Shown: positions 29,295 to 39,753, counted from the stretch's first letter. The stretch: 64,000 bases of DNA from a bacterium (GCA_041946805.1 JBHGBC010000008.1:16991-80990); one strand, 5' to 3'. Program-made: numbers and translations. The notes: a model not told the origin generated them from the letters alone.

Positions 29295-30074
29295 TTAGTG
29301 CTGTGCTTCCCAATCCGCGGGAGTCACATTCGCCGGACCTTCCGACAGATACAAATCGAGTACGGCCCGGCCGGACAGCGCTTCGTTATAAATGCGGGCG
29401 TTGTCCAAGTAACCCTTGAACATTTCACCCTCTGCTTTTTCATTGTCTCCACCCATGAACAAGGGTTGAGGGTTATTGAGTTCCAGGGTCTGGGGTTGTG
29501 TGCTCACCACCACTCCATTCCGGTAATAGATCAGCAACGGGCCTTTTTTGACGATGACATGATGCACCCACACACCAATGGGGGGGTCCGCGTAATCCAA
29601 GTTGTCGGTGCCCAACGTGTTGGCGTGGAATTCAAATTTGGTCGGCGTGAATTTGATGAACTCGCGCGGAGAAAATTCAGCGGCATTAATGTCCTTCCGG
29701 TTTCCAAAGATAATATTGTTCCCCGCGTTTCCAGCTTCGACTTTGACCCAGATGGCCCAGGTGAAGTTGGTATCGAATTTCATCGCGGGAACGATGTCCT
29801 TGCCCACTTGCACGTACGCGCCGGCCGCGGTCCCGCCGAAACTGATCACGGAGCCCCGCGCGGGATCCTGCGCCCAGACCGAACCGCCTGCGCCCAATCC
29901 TTTCGTGGGGTTGACAATGGTTCCATCCTTGCCCTGGCCGCTGGAGTCGGCGGCCTTTTCGCCCGTACCTTCGTCAAATTTCCAAAATCCGATCAAATCG
30001 GCCTGCGCGCTCACCGAAAACACCAAGCCACCCAGAACCAATCCAATCACGATCCACGATCCGTTTCTCTTCAT
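29295..30074 (-). CDS. Secreted LamG-like jellyroll (Laminin_G_3) domain protein
   Basis: Signal peptide; LIGFWKFDEGTG..ADSSG, FTWAIWVK, WVHHV, FKGYLDNARIYNEALS; tail VTPADWEAQH. Confidence 0.85.
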   Translation of the reverse strand: MKRNGSWIVIGLVLGGLVFSVSAQADLIGFWKFDEGTGEKAADSSGQGKDGTIVNPTKGLGAGGSVWAQDPARGSVISFGGTAAGAYVQVGKDIVPAMKFDTNFTWAIWVKVEAGNAGNNIIFGNRKDINAAEFSPREFIKFTPTKFEFHANTLGTDNLDYADPPIGVWVHHVIVKKGPLLIYYRNGVVVSTQPQTLELNNPQPLFMGGDNEKAEGEMFKGYLDNARIYNEALSGRAVLDLYLSEGPANVTPADWEAQH

Positions 30075-30348
30075 TATTGTCTCCTCTACGTTGGAATAAG
30101 ATTGGATAATTGTATTGATCTAATGGTATTTCAATTGATTCTATGAAAAAAAGAGAGGTCGTCTAGGTTCCTGCCGCATTAGGAGCCTGAATGGGATAAA
30201 AAAACAGTTCATCTGAGAATTGCGGACATGAAGAAACAGCATCTTACCCAATCGCCTCAAGATGAGGGTATACACTCAGGTCCGTTCTTACTAGGTTCTG
30301 TTGAGTTTTCGTAATGAATGTTGGACTGGAATGCGTACTCGTCTTTTC

Positions 30349-30487
30349 AGCGCCAACGGCGCGGCATGAGTGTAGCCCAGGGCGTAAGCCCTGGGAAAAG
30401 GACGACAAAAGAAATTATTCCCTCTCCCTCTAGGAGAGGGTTAGGGTGAGGGAAGCCCGGAAAGGGCGAAATGTATCCTTTCTCTGC
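30349..30487. repeat. REP-like cluster (GCGCCAACGGCGC..AGCCCAGGGCGTAAGCCCTGGG + inverted 70-bp composite)
   Basis: First unit recurs inverted at 59001-59046 and 59976-60061. Confidence 0.8.
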
Positions 30488-30512
30488 AATCCAGTAAAAA
30501 GTTACAAATATT

Positions 30513-31361
30513 CTAATTGTCAGTGAGATTTTGATTCTCTGGTATGGTTTCTTGAGGTAAAACGTCCTCCATTTCCACGATGTCACCAGAGGCTTCACTT
30601 GGTAAATTATTCTTGACAGTTCGTAAGGGACGTACCGAGCCCTTTTTGACCCGGGCCAAGGACGATTTTAGTTGTTCACTTTCCATGATCTCTCGTTTAA
30701 TCACTTCCTCCGTTAAGCAAGTTTTGATTTCGGCGGTATTGATTGAAACATTGGGTGAAACACGCCGTAATTCTCTGCGGATGAGGTTCAGAATGATGTC
30801 GTTCAGAAGGATCGCGGCAATGGTATATTTGTTGGTGGCCTGTTTTTGCAGATGATAACTTTCCAGAGCCGATTTTCCGATTGCCTCCCGAGTCAATAAG
30901 AAGAGCAATTCGAGATGTGAGGCCGTCTTATGGCATAAATCCAGTAGGTTCAACTCAAAAATCAGTTCATAGTTAATTGGTTTTAAAAAAATAACTTTAT
31001 AAATTCTCCAAATGATGCCATTCGTCAGAACCACCCATTCCACGCCTTCGTTGGCCGCGTAATCGATGGCTTGGCGGAGGTGCATGTCTTTCAATTCCAA
31101 GCCGACTGCTTTTACTTCGATGAGTAAGCGCAGTTTCCCTTCTACCTGGATGGCTAAATCGACAAAGGTTCCCCGGATTGCGTGTTCGCGAGTGATTTCA
31201 TTGTATTTATCATAGCCAAACAAGTCGGCCAATACATCAGAAATAAAAGTAACTGTATCGGCTTCATTCACGTCACGATCTCGGAGGATCTGGATAATCG
31301 GCTGATATTTTTTCAGATTCTCAGCCAATCGTTCCTCGACTTTTTTGGGAATGGCTGCCAT
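30513..31361 (-). CDS. Stand-alone type I restriction enzyme HsdR N-terminal-like (PD-(D/E)xK) nuclease
   Basis: NEADT, FGYD, REH..VDLAI, LLIEVK, QAIDYA, VVLTNGIIWRIY; visibly AT-richer than its neighbours. Confidence 0.82.
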   Translation of the reverse strand: MAAIPKKVEERLAENLKKYQPIIQILRDRDVNEADTVTFISDVLADLFGYDKYNEITREHAIRGTFVDLAIQVEGKLRLLIEVKAVGLELKDMHLRQAIDYAANEGVEWVVLTNGIIWRIYKVIFLKPINYELIFELNLLDLCHKTASHLELLFLLTREAIGKSALESYHLQKQATNKYTIAAILLNDIILNLIRRELRRVSPNVSINTAEIKTCLTEEVIKREIMESEQLKSSLARVKKGSVRPLRTVKNNLPSEASGDIVEMEDVLPQETIPENQNLTDN

Positions 31362-31655
31362 GGAATTGACCTCCTTTGTTTATTCCGGTTGGGCTGCGGA
31401 TAAAACCCGAAGTGTACGCTCTATGAATGAATCTAAAATATAGTTTTATCTTTGAAAATAAATCCAATTTTAATTATTTCAAATAAAAAATGACTTGTCA
31501 ATTCATCCATTTTCTATTTTTACCGATTTATGAGAATTGTGACCACGGGAAAATCCGACCCCTGAATCCACATCACCCACCCGAGATGGGTTCCCAGGTC
31601 GAACGGTTTTAAAGAAACTACCTTATGTGCGCCGCCGCGTATCCTCGGACCCGTT

Positions 31656-32405
31656 TCAATACAAATCCCATCCCGGCACGTCCGCGGGAGGCTGGGCGAA
31701 GGTATAGACGATGCCGATGTCGTTGGTGGCGGGATCGGGATCGGGCATCCATTCCGCCGAGGTGTAATTCTCGTCCTCGGTCTCGAAAACGAGCACGAAA
31801 TCGCTATAGGCGGGATCAAAGAGGGGCGTTTCGTCCGGATTGGACAGCCCCGGCTGGCCGTCTTCCATGTTTTTATAGACCAGGTCGCGGCGGATGGCGA
31901 ATTCCACGTCCGTGACATTGCCTTCCATGGGCGCCACGTCCGCGTACGCGAAGGTGCCCCACAGATTCTCATCGCTGGCCGGATCGATGGTGCAAACCCA
32001 GTCTCCGCACCGCTGGTCGAATATCTGCCGTCCCTGGATGTTGAACTCCGAGCCGAAGTTCGCCGGCCAGCGGTGGCCGGTCGTGCTGTCCATGTCGGTG
32101 TCGAAGCCCGTGTTCAGGTACCAAAAGAAATCCCCGTAGGGTTGAGGACTGGTAAACTCGATCCGGAAATAAAAAAAGTCCTTGTCGTTGGCCAGGTAGG
32201 CCGCGGCGAAATCGTAATGCAATCCGCCGTCGCCGCTGGGATCCTGGCAGGCTGGTCCGATGCCGGTCCAGTCGCTCACATCACCGTCCACTTGAATGGT
32301 CCGGTAAACCGGCGTCGCGGTAATGATGCCATAATCGTCCTGCGCCAAACCCGGGAGGCAAGCCAATCCCAGGAACAGGATGAAAATACCCACTTTTCGC
32401 CGCAT
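31656..32405 (-). CDS. Secreted acidic protein with CBM9/DOMON-like sugar-binding fold
   Basis: GGAGG RBS before the ATG at 32405; signal peptide; IQVDGDVSDW..DPSGD, YLANDKDFFYFRI, DTDMDSTTG, VEFAI; tail DVPGWDLY. Confidence 0.7.
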   Translation of the reverse strand: MRRKVGIFILFLGLACLPGLAQDDYGIITATPVYRTIQVDGDVSDWTGIGPACQDPSGDGGLHYDFAAAYLANDKDFFYFRIEFTSPQPYGDFFWYLNTGFDTDMDSTTGHRWPANFGSEFNIQGRQIFDQRCGDWVCTIDPASDENLWGTFAYADVAPMEGNVTDVEFAIRRDLVYKNMEDGQPGLSNPDETPLFDPAYSDFVLVFETEDENYTSAEWMPDPDPATNDIGIVYTFAQPPADVPGWDLY

Positions 32406-32620
32406 GTTGCCACCTCCAGAAGGATTTCCGCCCGCAGGATTCCGCGCAGGCAGGCGATCATGATTCTCCATGATGCCCGCGGGAGTTGTCAATGGATTGT
32501 TGAATATCCGGAGTGAACATCCGGGAGGGCGAGGGGAGGTGAAAAGGCCGGGCGTGGACGCGAAGGATTCCGCGCGGCGCGCTGATCCATCCCAGGGAAC
32601 CGGCTCATAAGCAATCCCGC

Positions 32621-35206
32621 TCACGCGTCGTGGTGGATTTCGGATTCCGGTGGCGCCGCCGCCAGGTCTTCCAATCCGGCCGGCGGTTCGTGTCCGGCGA
32701 TTTCGTCCAAGAAACCGGGAGGGACCGGCTCGACCGACAAGATTTCATACCGCCCCGTGTGCATGGGCAGTTCGACATCGACGATTTCACCCATTTGTCT
32801 GCCGTAAAACGTCTGTGCGAAGGGGGCCTGGTAGGAAAGGATGTTCCGGCTGGGATCGGATTCCCACGGCCCCAGCATGATGTACTCTTCCACCTTGTCC
32901 GCGCTGGAGGGCGAAACCCGGAAACGGGCGCCGAAGCCGATCCGCCCGGTGTCCACCTCGCCGAGCTCCACCGGCTTGGCCGTGTGCAGGCTTTCCTTGA
33001 GTTCCGCCGCCTGCGCGGCGAGGAGTTTCTGTTTGTCCTTGGCCGCGTGATATTCCGCGTTTTCGCGCAAATCCCCGTGTTTGCGGGCGGTCTCGATCTC
33101 CCGGACCACCTCGGGGAGTTCCACTTCGATCAGGCGGCGCAGCAAGGCCCGTTTCCGGTCGTAGGTGGCCTTGAGGCAGAGCAGACCCTCGGGCAGGGCC
33201 GGGCCTTCCGTGGCGGCCGCGGTGAACAGGTTGGGATACCGCGCCCGGACAATCGTGGTCAAATCCGCCGCGGTCCGCTGGTCGATGCCTTCGTTGGTGA
33301 GGGCGCGGCGGTAGATGGACTGCGCCACCGTCTCGTCCGCGTTCTGAATGTGAAGTTTGAAGAGGTTGTAATGGTTCCGGCGGATCAGTTCCCGCGCGTC
33401 GCCCGCCACCTTGCGCAAGCGGGCCGCCTCGTCCTTATCCCGCCGTTTGGCCTGGCTGGTCAGGTAATCGACCAGCAGCAGCAAGCGTTCGATCACCACC
33501 GCCGGGCTGATTTTCCCCTCGCACCAGTTCGTTCCCTCACCGGTGAGGATCCGGCCCCCCAGCCAAATAAAGGTATGCGGAAAGGTCCGGAAGTTGGCCA
33601 GCGCCTGCTCCACGACCTCCAGAATGCAGGCCTGGCATCCCTCTTGCTCCAGGTCGCGGGCCAGTTCGTCACGGACCAACACGTCGGGTTCCAGCAGCAA
33701 TGCCTGAAAGAGGCCCGGCCACTCGGCGGGATGCGCTTGCTTGATTTCCCGCGCGAAGAGCGCCTGGTGCGATTTGAACCGCAAGTGCTGCATGATGGCG
33801 CTCAGCCGGGTGACATCGCGCAAGGCTTCGTCGAGGATCACCCGGTCCACGGATTCGATACCCGGGGCGTAGGCCTTCAGATCCTCGTTGGTGAACCACA
33901 ATTCCACCCGCTCCGCCCGGCTGCGCCGCGAGGGAGCCATGGCCTGGATTTTCCGGGAAAAATGCTGGACCACGTACTCATGCAGATCGCCCTTCTTGGT
34001 GGTGCGCAGGTAGGTATAGATCTGATCGACCTTGTCGTGCGGAGCCTTGGTCTCATCGAAGCGCAGCAATAATTCCTCCTCGTCACTGACTTCCTGTTCC
34101 CGCAGGACGTACTTTTTCAACGCCCCGGCGCTCACCGCGATGAACTTTTCCCGCCGCAGCGCCGAACTGGTTTCGGACCACCAGGAAGTCCATTCGCGCA
34201 CGTTGATCACCGCCGGAACCAGGTGCTCCTTGATTTCCTTGGCGGTCAGGGAGCCGCCATAACTTTTTAGCAGCAGTTTGATCAATCCGACGGGATTTTC
34301 GCGGAGCAAGGCCGTCAGTCCGCTGGGATTGATCACCCGTTGCACGCGGAAATCATCGGCGGAAAGCGGTTCGATCACCGTTTGGGCCAGTTCCACGTCC
34401 ATGGCGTGGTCGCGCTTCTTCTGAAAGTTGATGACCACCCGCCGGTCCAGCATGTTCAGATCCTTGACCAGCCCGATCCCCCAATCCGGATGCCGCACAT
34501 AGCAACCGGGCAGGAAATTCATGAACAACTCCACTTCCACCAATGCCTCGGGCAGGGGACGGTTGCCGCGGATGCCGGTGTAATCCAAGACCCGCTCCAT
34601 CGAGCTGGATTCGGGGTGCAACTGCCGCAGGGTTTCGACCAGGGGTTCCCGCAAGGAGGGATCCTTGGGTGTGTACTCGAGGATCCGCCGGAGAAGGCGG
34701 AACCGGTTGGGCCAGTCCTTGCGCTCCTCGGTGGAAGGGAGAAGCATTTGCAGCAGCACGGAGGCCCGCTGGCGCTGCTTGATGCCGTTCAGGTGATCGG
34801 CGACGCGGAAAAAGAAATTGAGGTTTTGCGGCTCCAGTTCCACCATATCCAGCCACAGTTCCTCGATTTTGTCATACTGCCTTTCGGCGGTGGCGGCTTC
34901 GAGAGCGATCTCCAGGTGCCGGACCGCCTCCTTTTCATTCCCCATCTCCATAAAATATTGCGACAACCGTTGCGCGGTCTCCACGACCCGGTCCTTGAGT
35001 TCCAACAGACGCTCCAAGGCCCTTTCGTACTCCGCGTCTTTCCGTTGGAGGCGTTCCAAGGCCTGCGCCAACGCCCGCAGGAGGATGGGCGCATCCGGCT
35101 CGAATTGGAGACGATCCCGGGCTTTTTCCGCCAGACCACACCAATTTTCGCTCTGGCGCAATTGGTTCAACTCTTCCATAAGGTGATCTAAGTCTTTCAT
35201 TTCCAT
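32621..35206 (-). CDS. greA: Long (861 aa) GreA-family transcript cleavage factor fusion
   Basis: C-terminal IETARKHGDLRENAEYHAAK and LGPWESDPSRNILSYQAP; N-terminal TPR-like helices and a VRHPDWGIGLV beta module. Confidence 0.88.
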   Translation of the reverse strand: MEMKDLDHLMEELNQLRQSENWCGLAEKARDRLQFEPDAPILLRALAQALERLQRKDAEYERALERLLELKDRVVETAQRLSQYFMEMGNEKEAVRHLEIALEAATAERQYDKIEELWLDMVELEPQNLNFFFRVADHLNGIKQRQRASVLLQMLLPSTEERKDWPNRFRLLRRILEYTPKDPSLREPLVETLRQLHPESSSMERVLDYTGIRGNRPLPEALVEVELFMNFLPGCYVRHPDWGIGLVKDLNMLDRRVVINFQKKRDHAMDVELAQTVIEPLSADDFRVQRVINPSGLTALLRENPVGLIKLLLKSYGGSLTAKEIKEHLVPAVINVREWTSWWSETSSALRREKFIAVSAGALKKYVLREQEVSDEEELLLRFDETKAPHDKVDQIYTYLRTTKKGDLHEYVVQHFSRKIQAMAPSRRSRAERVELWFTNEDLKAYAPGIESVDRVILDEALRDVTRLSAIMQHLRFKSHQALFAREIKQAHPAEWPGLFQALLLEPDVLVRDELARDLEQEGCQACILEVVEQALANFRTFPHTFIWLGGRILTGEGTNWCEGKISPAVVIERLLLLVDYLTSQAKRRDKDEAARLRKVAGDARELIRRNHYNLFKLHIQNADETVAQSIYRRALTNEGIDQRTAADLTTIVRARYPNLFTAAATEGPALPEGLLCLKATYDRKRALLRRLIEVELPEVVREIETARKHGDLRENAEYHAAKDKQKLLAAQAAELKESLHTAKPVELGEVDTGRIGFGARFRVSPSSADKVEEYIMLGPWESDPSRNILSYQAPFAQTFYGRQMGEIVDVELPMHTGRYEILSVEPVPPGFLDEIAGHEPPAGLEDLAAAPPESEIHHDA

Positions 35207-35454
35207 TGGTTTAAACCCATGGCCGGATCTCAGATGGTGAAACGGTTTTCAAACATCTTCCCGCCCCACCCAGGGATGAGGCAAAATGACATTTTAGCAG
35301 GAACCGGGCGTTCAGGCCACGGGCTTAGGCGCGGGGGTGTTTCCCTGGATTGAAACCTTGGGATGCCGGCAGACCGTTGCCCGAAGGGAGACATGTTTGA
35401 ATGATTTGGGAGATCTGGAGGTATACCGGAAGATGATTGCGCCCCGAAAAGTCT

Positions 35455-35490
35455 TTCCCTCACCCTGGCCTTCTCCCGGTGGAGAGGGAA
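35455..35490 (+). repeat. REP-like hairpin CCCTCACCCTGGCCTTCTCCCGGTGGAGAGGG
   Basis: Member of the abundant family. Confidence 0.78.
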
Positions 35491-35639
35491 ACGGATAGAA
35501 AACTAGGGCCAAGGATCTTGGATAATCCAATACAGGATCACATAGAGGCGAATGGGACATTCCTCCCGGATTGTTTCATCCCCCGATTCATGCTATAAGG
35601 CGCAATGCGGCTCAGGATGGCGGAAAGGAACATCGCATC

Positions 35640-36098
35640 GTGCCTGCCCGGCTGACTCACGACTATTTCATGCGGCTGGCCCTCAACCAGGCCCGTATCG
35701 CCGCCGCGTATGGAGACATTCCCGTGGGGGCGGTCGTAGTGCTGGATGGAGCCGTCATCGGCCGGGGACGGAACATGCGCGAATGCCGCCAGGATCCCGC
35801 CGCGCATGCCGAAATCGAGGCCCTGCGGGACGCGGCCGCTCAAATCGGCCGCTGGCGGCTGAACGCGTGTTCGCTTTATTGCACGATGGAACCGTGCGTC
35901 ATGTGCGCGGGCGCCCTCGTCCAGGCACAGGTTGGACACCTTTATTACGGCGCGTCCGATCCCAAGGCGGGCGGGGTGGAAAGCCTGTACCAGATTTTGG
36001 AAGACACCCGGCTCAATCACCAGGTGCTGGTTCATGCGGGAATCCTCCAGGAAGAATGCGAGCGGTTATTGAAAGATTTTTTTGAACGGTTACGATAA
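35640..36098 (+). CDS. tadA: tRNA adenosine(34) deaminase
   Basis: DIPVGAVVV, DPAAHAEI, TMEPCVMCAGA, YGASDPKAG; directly upstream of tRNA-Ser; start approximate. Confidence 0.93.
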   Translation: MPARLTHDYFMRLALNQARIAAAYGDIPVGAVVVLDGAVIGRGRNMRECRQDPAAHAEIEALRDAAAQIGRWRLNACSLYCTMEPCVMCAGALVQAQVGHLYYGASDPKAGGVESLYQILEDTRLNHQVLVHAGILQEECERLLKDFFERLR

Positions 36099-36142
36099 GA
36101 GTTCCCGGGCCTGCAAGGGACCGGATGACAAGAAACCTTTTC

Positions 36143-36232
36143 GGAGGGGTGGCCGAGAGGTCGAAGGCGCCCGCCTCGAAAGCGGGTATACGGGTAACCG
36201 TATCGTGGGTTCGAATCCCACCCCCTCCGCCA
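36143..36232 (+). tRNA. tRNA-Ser (anticodon CGA)
   Basis: GGAGGGG/CCCCTCC acceptor stem, CCCGC-CT-CGA-AA-GCGGG anticodon arm, long variable arm TACGG..CCGTA, GGTTCGAATCC T-loop, encoded CCA end. Confidence 0.97.
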
Positions 36233-36237
36233 GGATC

Positions 36238-37788
36238 TTAATCGCCTTCCTTGTAACCCAACACTTCGATTTCGCGGTCCAGCAGCGCGAACCGCGCCTT
36301 GGTGATGAGATTCCGGACCAGGTACAGGCTGTTCATGATGGTGATCCGGGCGCCGGGCCAGACCTTTTCCCGCACGATGACGCCGGCGATGTCCTTTTTG
36401 CCTTCCTCGGCCTGCGTACCGCTGATCCGCGCTTCCTCTTGCAATTGCTGAATCTGGGTTTGTATCTGCAGGCCGGCCCGGATGATCTTCAAGCGGATCG
36501 CTTCTTTATCTTTGTCCAGTTTTCCCTGATCCCGCAGTTGGTTCAAGCTGGTGACCGCCAGCCGCAGCCGGTTGTAATTTTCCGTCAAGGTCCCGATCTG
36601 CATCAGAATCTGGTTCCGCTTTTCCAATTCCTTTTTCAGGTTCGCGCCGACGATCAGTTCGGTTTTCACCCCCAGTTCCGAACCGATCACTCCGGCGGAA
36701 ATCCGTTTTTCCGCCTGGATCGTTCCCCCGACGATGACCGCCTTGGAGCCTTGCACGATGACCTCCCGCCCCGCCGTCACCGCCGAGTTCGTGATGGCGC
36801 CGTTCACGATGACATCGTTTCCCGCTTCTACCCGGGCGTTGCTGATGAACTTGACCACCACATCGCCCCCGGCCTTGATCACCGCCTTCTGGTTTCCCTG
36901 GATCCCCCCGTTGATGAAAATGCTCCCCCCCGCTTCCAGTTCCGCTGCTTCCACCAGCCCGTTGATATGCAGATCCTGTCCTGCTTTCACCCGGAAGTCC
37001 GGCAGAACGCCGCCGGAAATCACCACGGACTCCCGGCATTCGATATGGCCGGTTTCCAGTGAGACATCACCCTGGACCTTGTAGATGGAGGTCACCGAGA
37101 TTTTTTCCCCCTCCCGGCTGATCACGCCATCCAGGTTGGAAAAGAGCTCTTTTCCATCTTCACTGACACGGACGCCCTTGCCCGCCGGAAAGCGGGCTTC
37201 CTGGCCGGCGCCGGCAGGCAGTTCCTGGCCGTAGACGTTCATGCCCGATTCGCCCACGGTGGGGGGTATCAATCGTGCAAGTAGTTGATTTTCTTCGACT
37301 TGCAGAACGTGATGTCTTTCTTTCCAATCCACCCGGCCCTTGCGTTCTTTCAGCTCGGCCCCCTCCAGGATCGACAAATCCACTTGCCAATCCACCCGGC
37401 CGTCCAAGCCATGGCAGGGGGATTTGCCCTTGGCCACGGGGAGGGGCTGATTGAAGCATTTCTCCCGGAAAATACGCTCGAGTTGGCTTCGGTCGATGCC
37501 AAAAACGACCTTGTTCTGGTGAAGGTAGCGTTCCAGATCCTCGGGCGTGTAACGATCCGCATAGGCAGCGTCCAGCTGCAGACTGGCCGACATCTGGCTG
37601 GCGGAAACCTCCAGGCTCAGGCCATCACCCCAGTTGAACACCGGCGGCGCTTTTCCTTGGCTTCGGGCCGAGGATCCGGCCGGAGAGCGGGAAGATCCGC
37701 CGTCCTTCCGGTCCGCAGGCAGATGCACATCGTTCATCCGATTTTGGCCCTGAAAATCCCGGATTCGGGAAGATTCACGGGAGGACAC
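36238..37788 (-). CDS. DUF342 / FapA family protein
   Basis: VAKGKSPCHGLDG, VEENQLLARLIPPTVG, GDVSLETGHI, repeated beta-helix (AGGSIFINGGI), coiled coil, VWPGARI; GGGAGG RBS. Confidence 0.88.
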   Translation of the reverse strand: MSSRESSRIRDFQGQNRMNDVHLPADRKDGGSSRSPAGSSARSQGKAPPVFNWGDGLSLEVSASQMSASLQLDAAYADRYTPEDLERYLHQNKVVFGIDRSQLERIFREKCFNQPLPVAKGKSPCHGLDGRVDWQVDLSILEGAELKERKGRVDWKERHHVLQVEENQLLARLIPPTVGESGMNVYGQELPAGAGQEARFPAGKGVRVSEDGKELFSNLDGVISREGEKISVTSIYKVQGDVSLETGHIECRESVVISGGVLPDFRVKAGQDLHINGLVEAAELEAGGSIFINGGIQGNQKAVIKAGGDVVVKFISNARVEAGNDVIVNGAITNSAVTAGREVIVQGSKAVIVGGTIQAEKRISAGVIGSELGVKTELIVGANLKKELEKRNQILMQIGTLTENYNRLRLAVTSLNQLRDQGKLDKDKEAIRLKIIRAGLQIQTQIQQLQEEARISGTQAEEGKKDIAGVIVREKVWPGARITIMNSLYLVRNLITKARFALLDREIEVLGYKEGD

Positions 37789-37981
37789 AGCTTCCTCCCC
37801 CCGGATTCATGTAAATTACAATTCAATCATAGCAATTTAGTGCTTGTATAAACGCAAGGGATTGATATGATATTTATGGCTAATGGAAAGAAATCATCTT
37901 ATTATTCGATCATATCATACGATAATTCTAGTGTACATACGGGTTCGCAGAAACATCGTGTGACTCCTGGAGATCGGGTCA

Positions 37982-38773
37982 ATGAGGGTCATTTCCACGA
38001 GAATCATCCCGGGATTGCTTTGCACCGGCTTCCTTTTCGCTTCCTGCGCCTCCAAGGAAATCACTCAGTTACAGCAATCCGTTCAAAATCTGGAACGCCG
38101 GGTGTACCGGTATCAACAAGACGCCAGTCAGGAGACCGCCCAGACGACTTCGACGCTCTCGGAAGTGAACCAGACGATCAACCAATCGTTCCGGGATCTC
38201 CGCAACGCCCAGTCCAGCCTGGAGAGCCAGGCGGCCCAAACCGCCGGCCGGGTGGACCGGATGGAACGCGCGATTTCCCGGTTGGAGGAGAAAACCCGGA
38301 GCCTGGACACGTTTTCCACCGACAGTTACGCCACGCTGTCCCAGCAACTGACTCAGACTCAGGAAAGCTTGCAGAGCCAATCTCAGCAAGAATTGCGCGC
38401 CATGCAAAACGAAGTGGCCGCGCTGGCGGCTGCCGTCAAGGAGCTGCGTTCCGAACAATCCCGGACCCAGGCATCCCTGCGCGGCCTGGAAAATCAAGTT
38501 TCCTCCATGGAGGAAGAAAACCGCAAGATTTACCGCCAGATCCTGCAAGAACTGGGCGTCAAAGTCCCCGAGCCGGAAGCCACCACGTCAGGCCAGGCGG
38601 CTCCGGCCGGTCCGGTGGAGGATTCGGGGAACACGCATACGATCCAAAAAGGAGAAACGCTGTCCACCATCGCAACCAAGTACGGCGTGAGGGTTCAGGA
38701 TTTACAGACACTCAACGGGATCCAGGATCCTTCCAAGATCCGGCTGGGCCAACGCCTTAAAATCCCCAAATAG
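37982..38773 (+). CDS. Coiled-coil lipoprotein with C-terminal LysM domain
   Basis: Lipobox LFASC, long heptad-rich region, HTIQKGETLSTIATKYGV..LNGIQDPSKIRLGQRLKIP. Confidence 0.88.
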   Translation: MRVISTRIIPGLLCTGFLFASCASKEITQLQQSVQNLERRVYRYQQDASQETAQTTSTLSEVNQTINQSFRDLRNAQSSLESQAAQTAGRVDRMERAISRLEEKTRSLDTFSTDSYATLSQQLTQTQESLQSQSQQELRAMQNEVAALAAAVKELRSEQSRTQASLRGLENQVSSMEEENRKIYRQILQELGVKVPEPEATTSGQAAPAGPVEDSGNTHTIQKGETLSTIATKYGVRVQDLQTLNGIQDPSKIRLGQRLKIPK

Positions 38774-38979
38774 CCATAGCGCCGGAAATGGAGCGTCCCC
38801 CCCATCGAGGCGTTACGCGGCGCCCGGATTTTTCGTAGTAATGCATTACGGATGGTCCAAGCCAGGGAGTCCCATGGAGCCGGTGGGAAGGGGGGGACGG
38901 CATAATCTCCGTAGCGGCGGCGGATTGCCAACCAGTCATTCACGAGGGAAAGGGGCAAACGACATTGTTCAATGGTTCC

Positions 38980-39753
38980 ATGGTCTCACTGATACTCATC
39001 AATCAACGTGGAGGCGTGTTTCAACATCTCATCAATAGTTCGATTCTCGCGCTGGCCATTTACCTGGCCCTCCTGGTCCTTTCCATTCTTTCCTGGGGAA
39101 TCATGATCAAGAAGTTCGCCGATTTCCGCAAGGAACGCAAGCAATCCCGGGAATTCCGCCGCTTGTTCAACGAATTGGAAGGCAATATCGTGGCTCTGTC
39201 CCAGGAGGGCATCCTGCCCGCCAACAGCCCCGCCCGGTTGTTCGTTTCCGCCTACGAGGAATTGCGGTTGTGGGCCACGCTGGACCGCGACCAGAACCGG
39301 ATCATTGCCGAGCGGCCGGTGGTGCCCGCCCTGGAGCGGACCCTGGACCGGGCCATCGAGATGGAAAAAGACCGCTGGGAGCGGGGAACGACGTTTTTAG
39401 CCACCATCGCCAGCGTTTCGCCCCTGTTGGGGCTGTTGGGAACGGTATGGGGAGTGTTCCTCTCGTTCCAGGAGATGGGCGCGGTGGGGGCCACGAGCCT
39501 GGAGACCGTCGCGCCGGGGATTTCGGAAGCGTTGTTGACCACGGTGGGCGGGTTGCTGGTGGCCATTCCGGCCGTGTTCGCCCATAACTGGATTCTGCGC
39601 GCGGTGCGGAGCATCGAGACGCAATTGGAAACGTTCGCCAGCGAAATCATCAATCACTTTGACCGGCAAATCGTCGTGGGCGCGTTCAGCAACACGACCC
39701 GCCTCTCCGCCCCCCGGCCGGTCAGCCGGAGGAGAACCGGTGGCCCTGCGTAA
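38980..39753 (+). CDS. tolQ: TolQ (MotA/TolQ/ExbB proton channel)
   Basis: LATIASVSPLLGLLGTVWGV, VAPGISEALLTTVGGLLVAIPAV; start approximate. Confidence 0.92.
   Translation: MVSLILINQRGGVFQHLINSSILALAIYLALLVLSILSWGIMIKKFADFRKERKQSREFRRLFNELEGNIVALSQEGILPANSPARLFVSAYEELRLWATLDRDQNRIIAERPVVPALERTLDRAIEMEKDRWERGTTFLATIASVSPLLGLLGTVWGVFLSFQEMGAVGATSLETVAPGISEALLTTVGGLLVAIPAVFAHNWILRAVRSIETQLETFASEIINHFDRQIVVGAFSNTTRLSAPRPVSRRRTGGPA

Noticed and set aside
36143..36232. Integrative element at tRNA-Ser
   Set aside because: No integrase and no duplicated tRNA 3' end were seen in the window.
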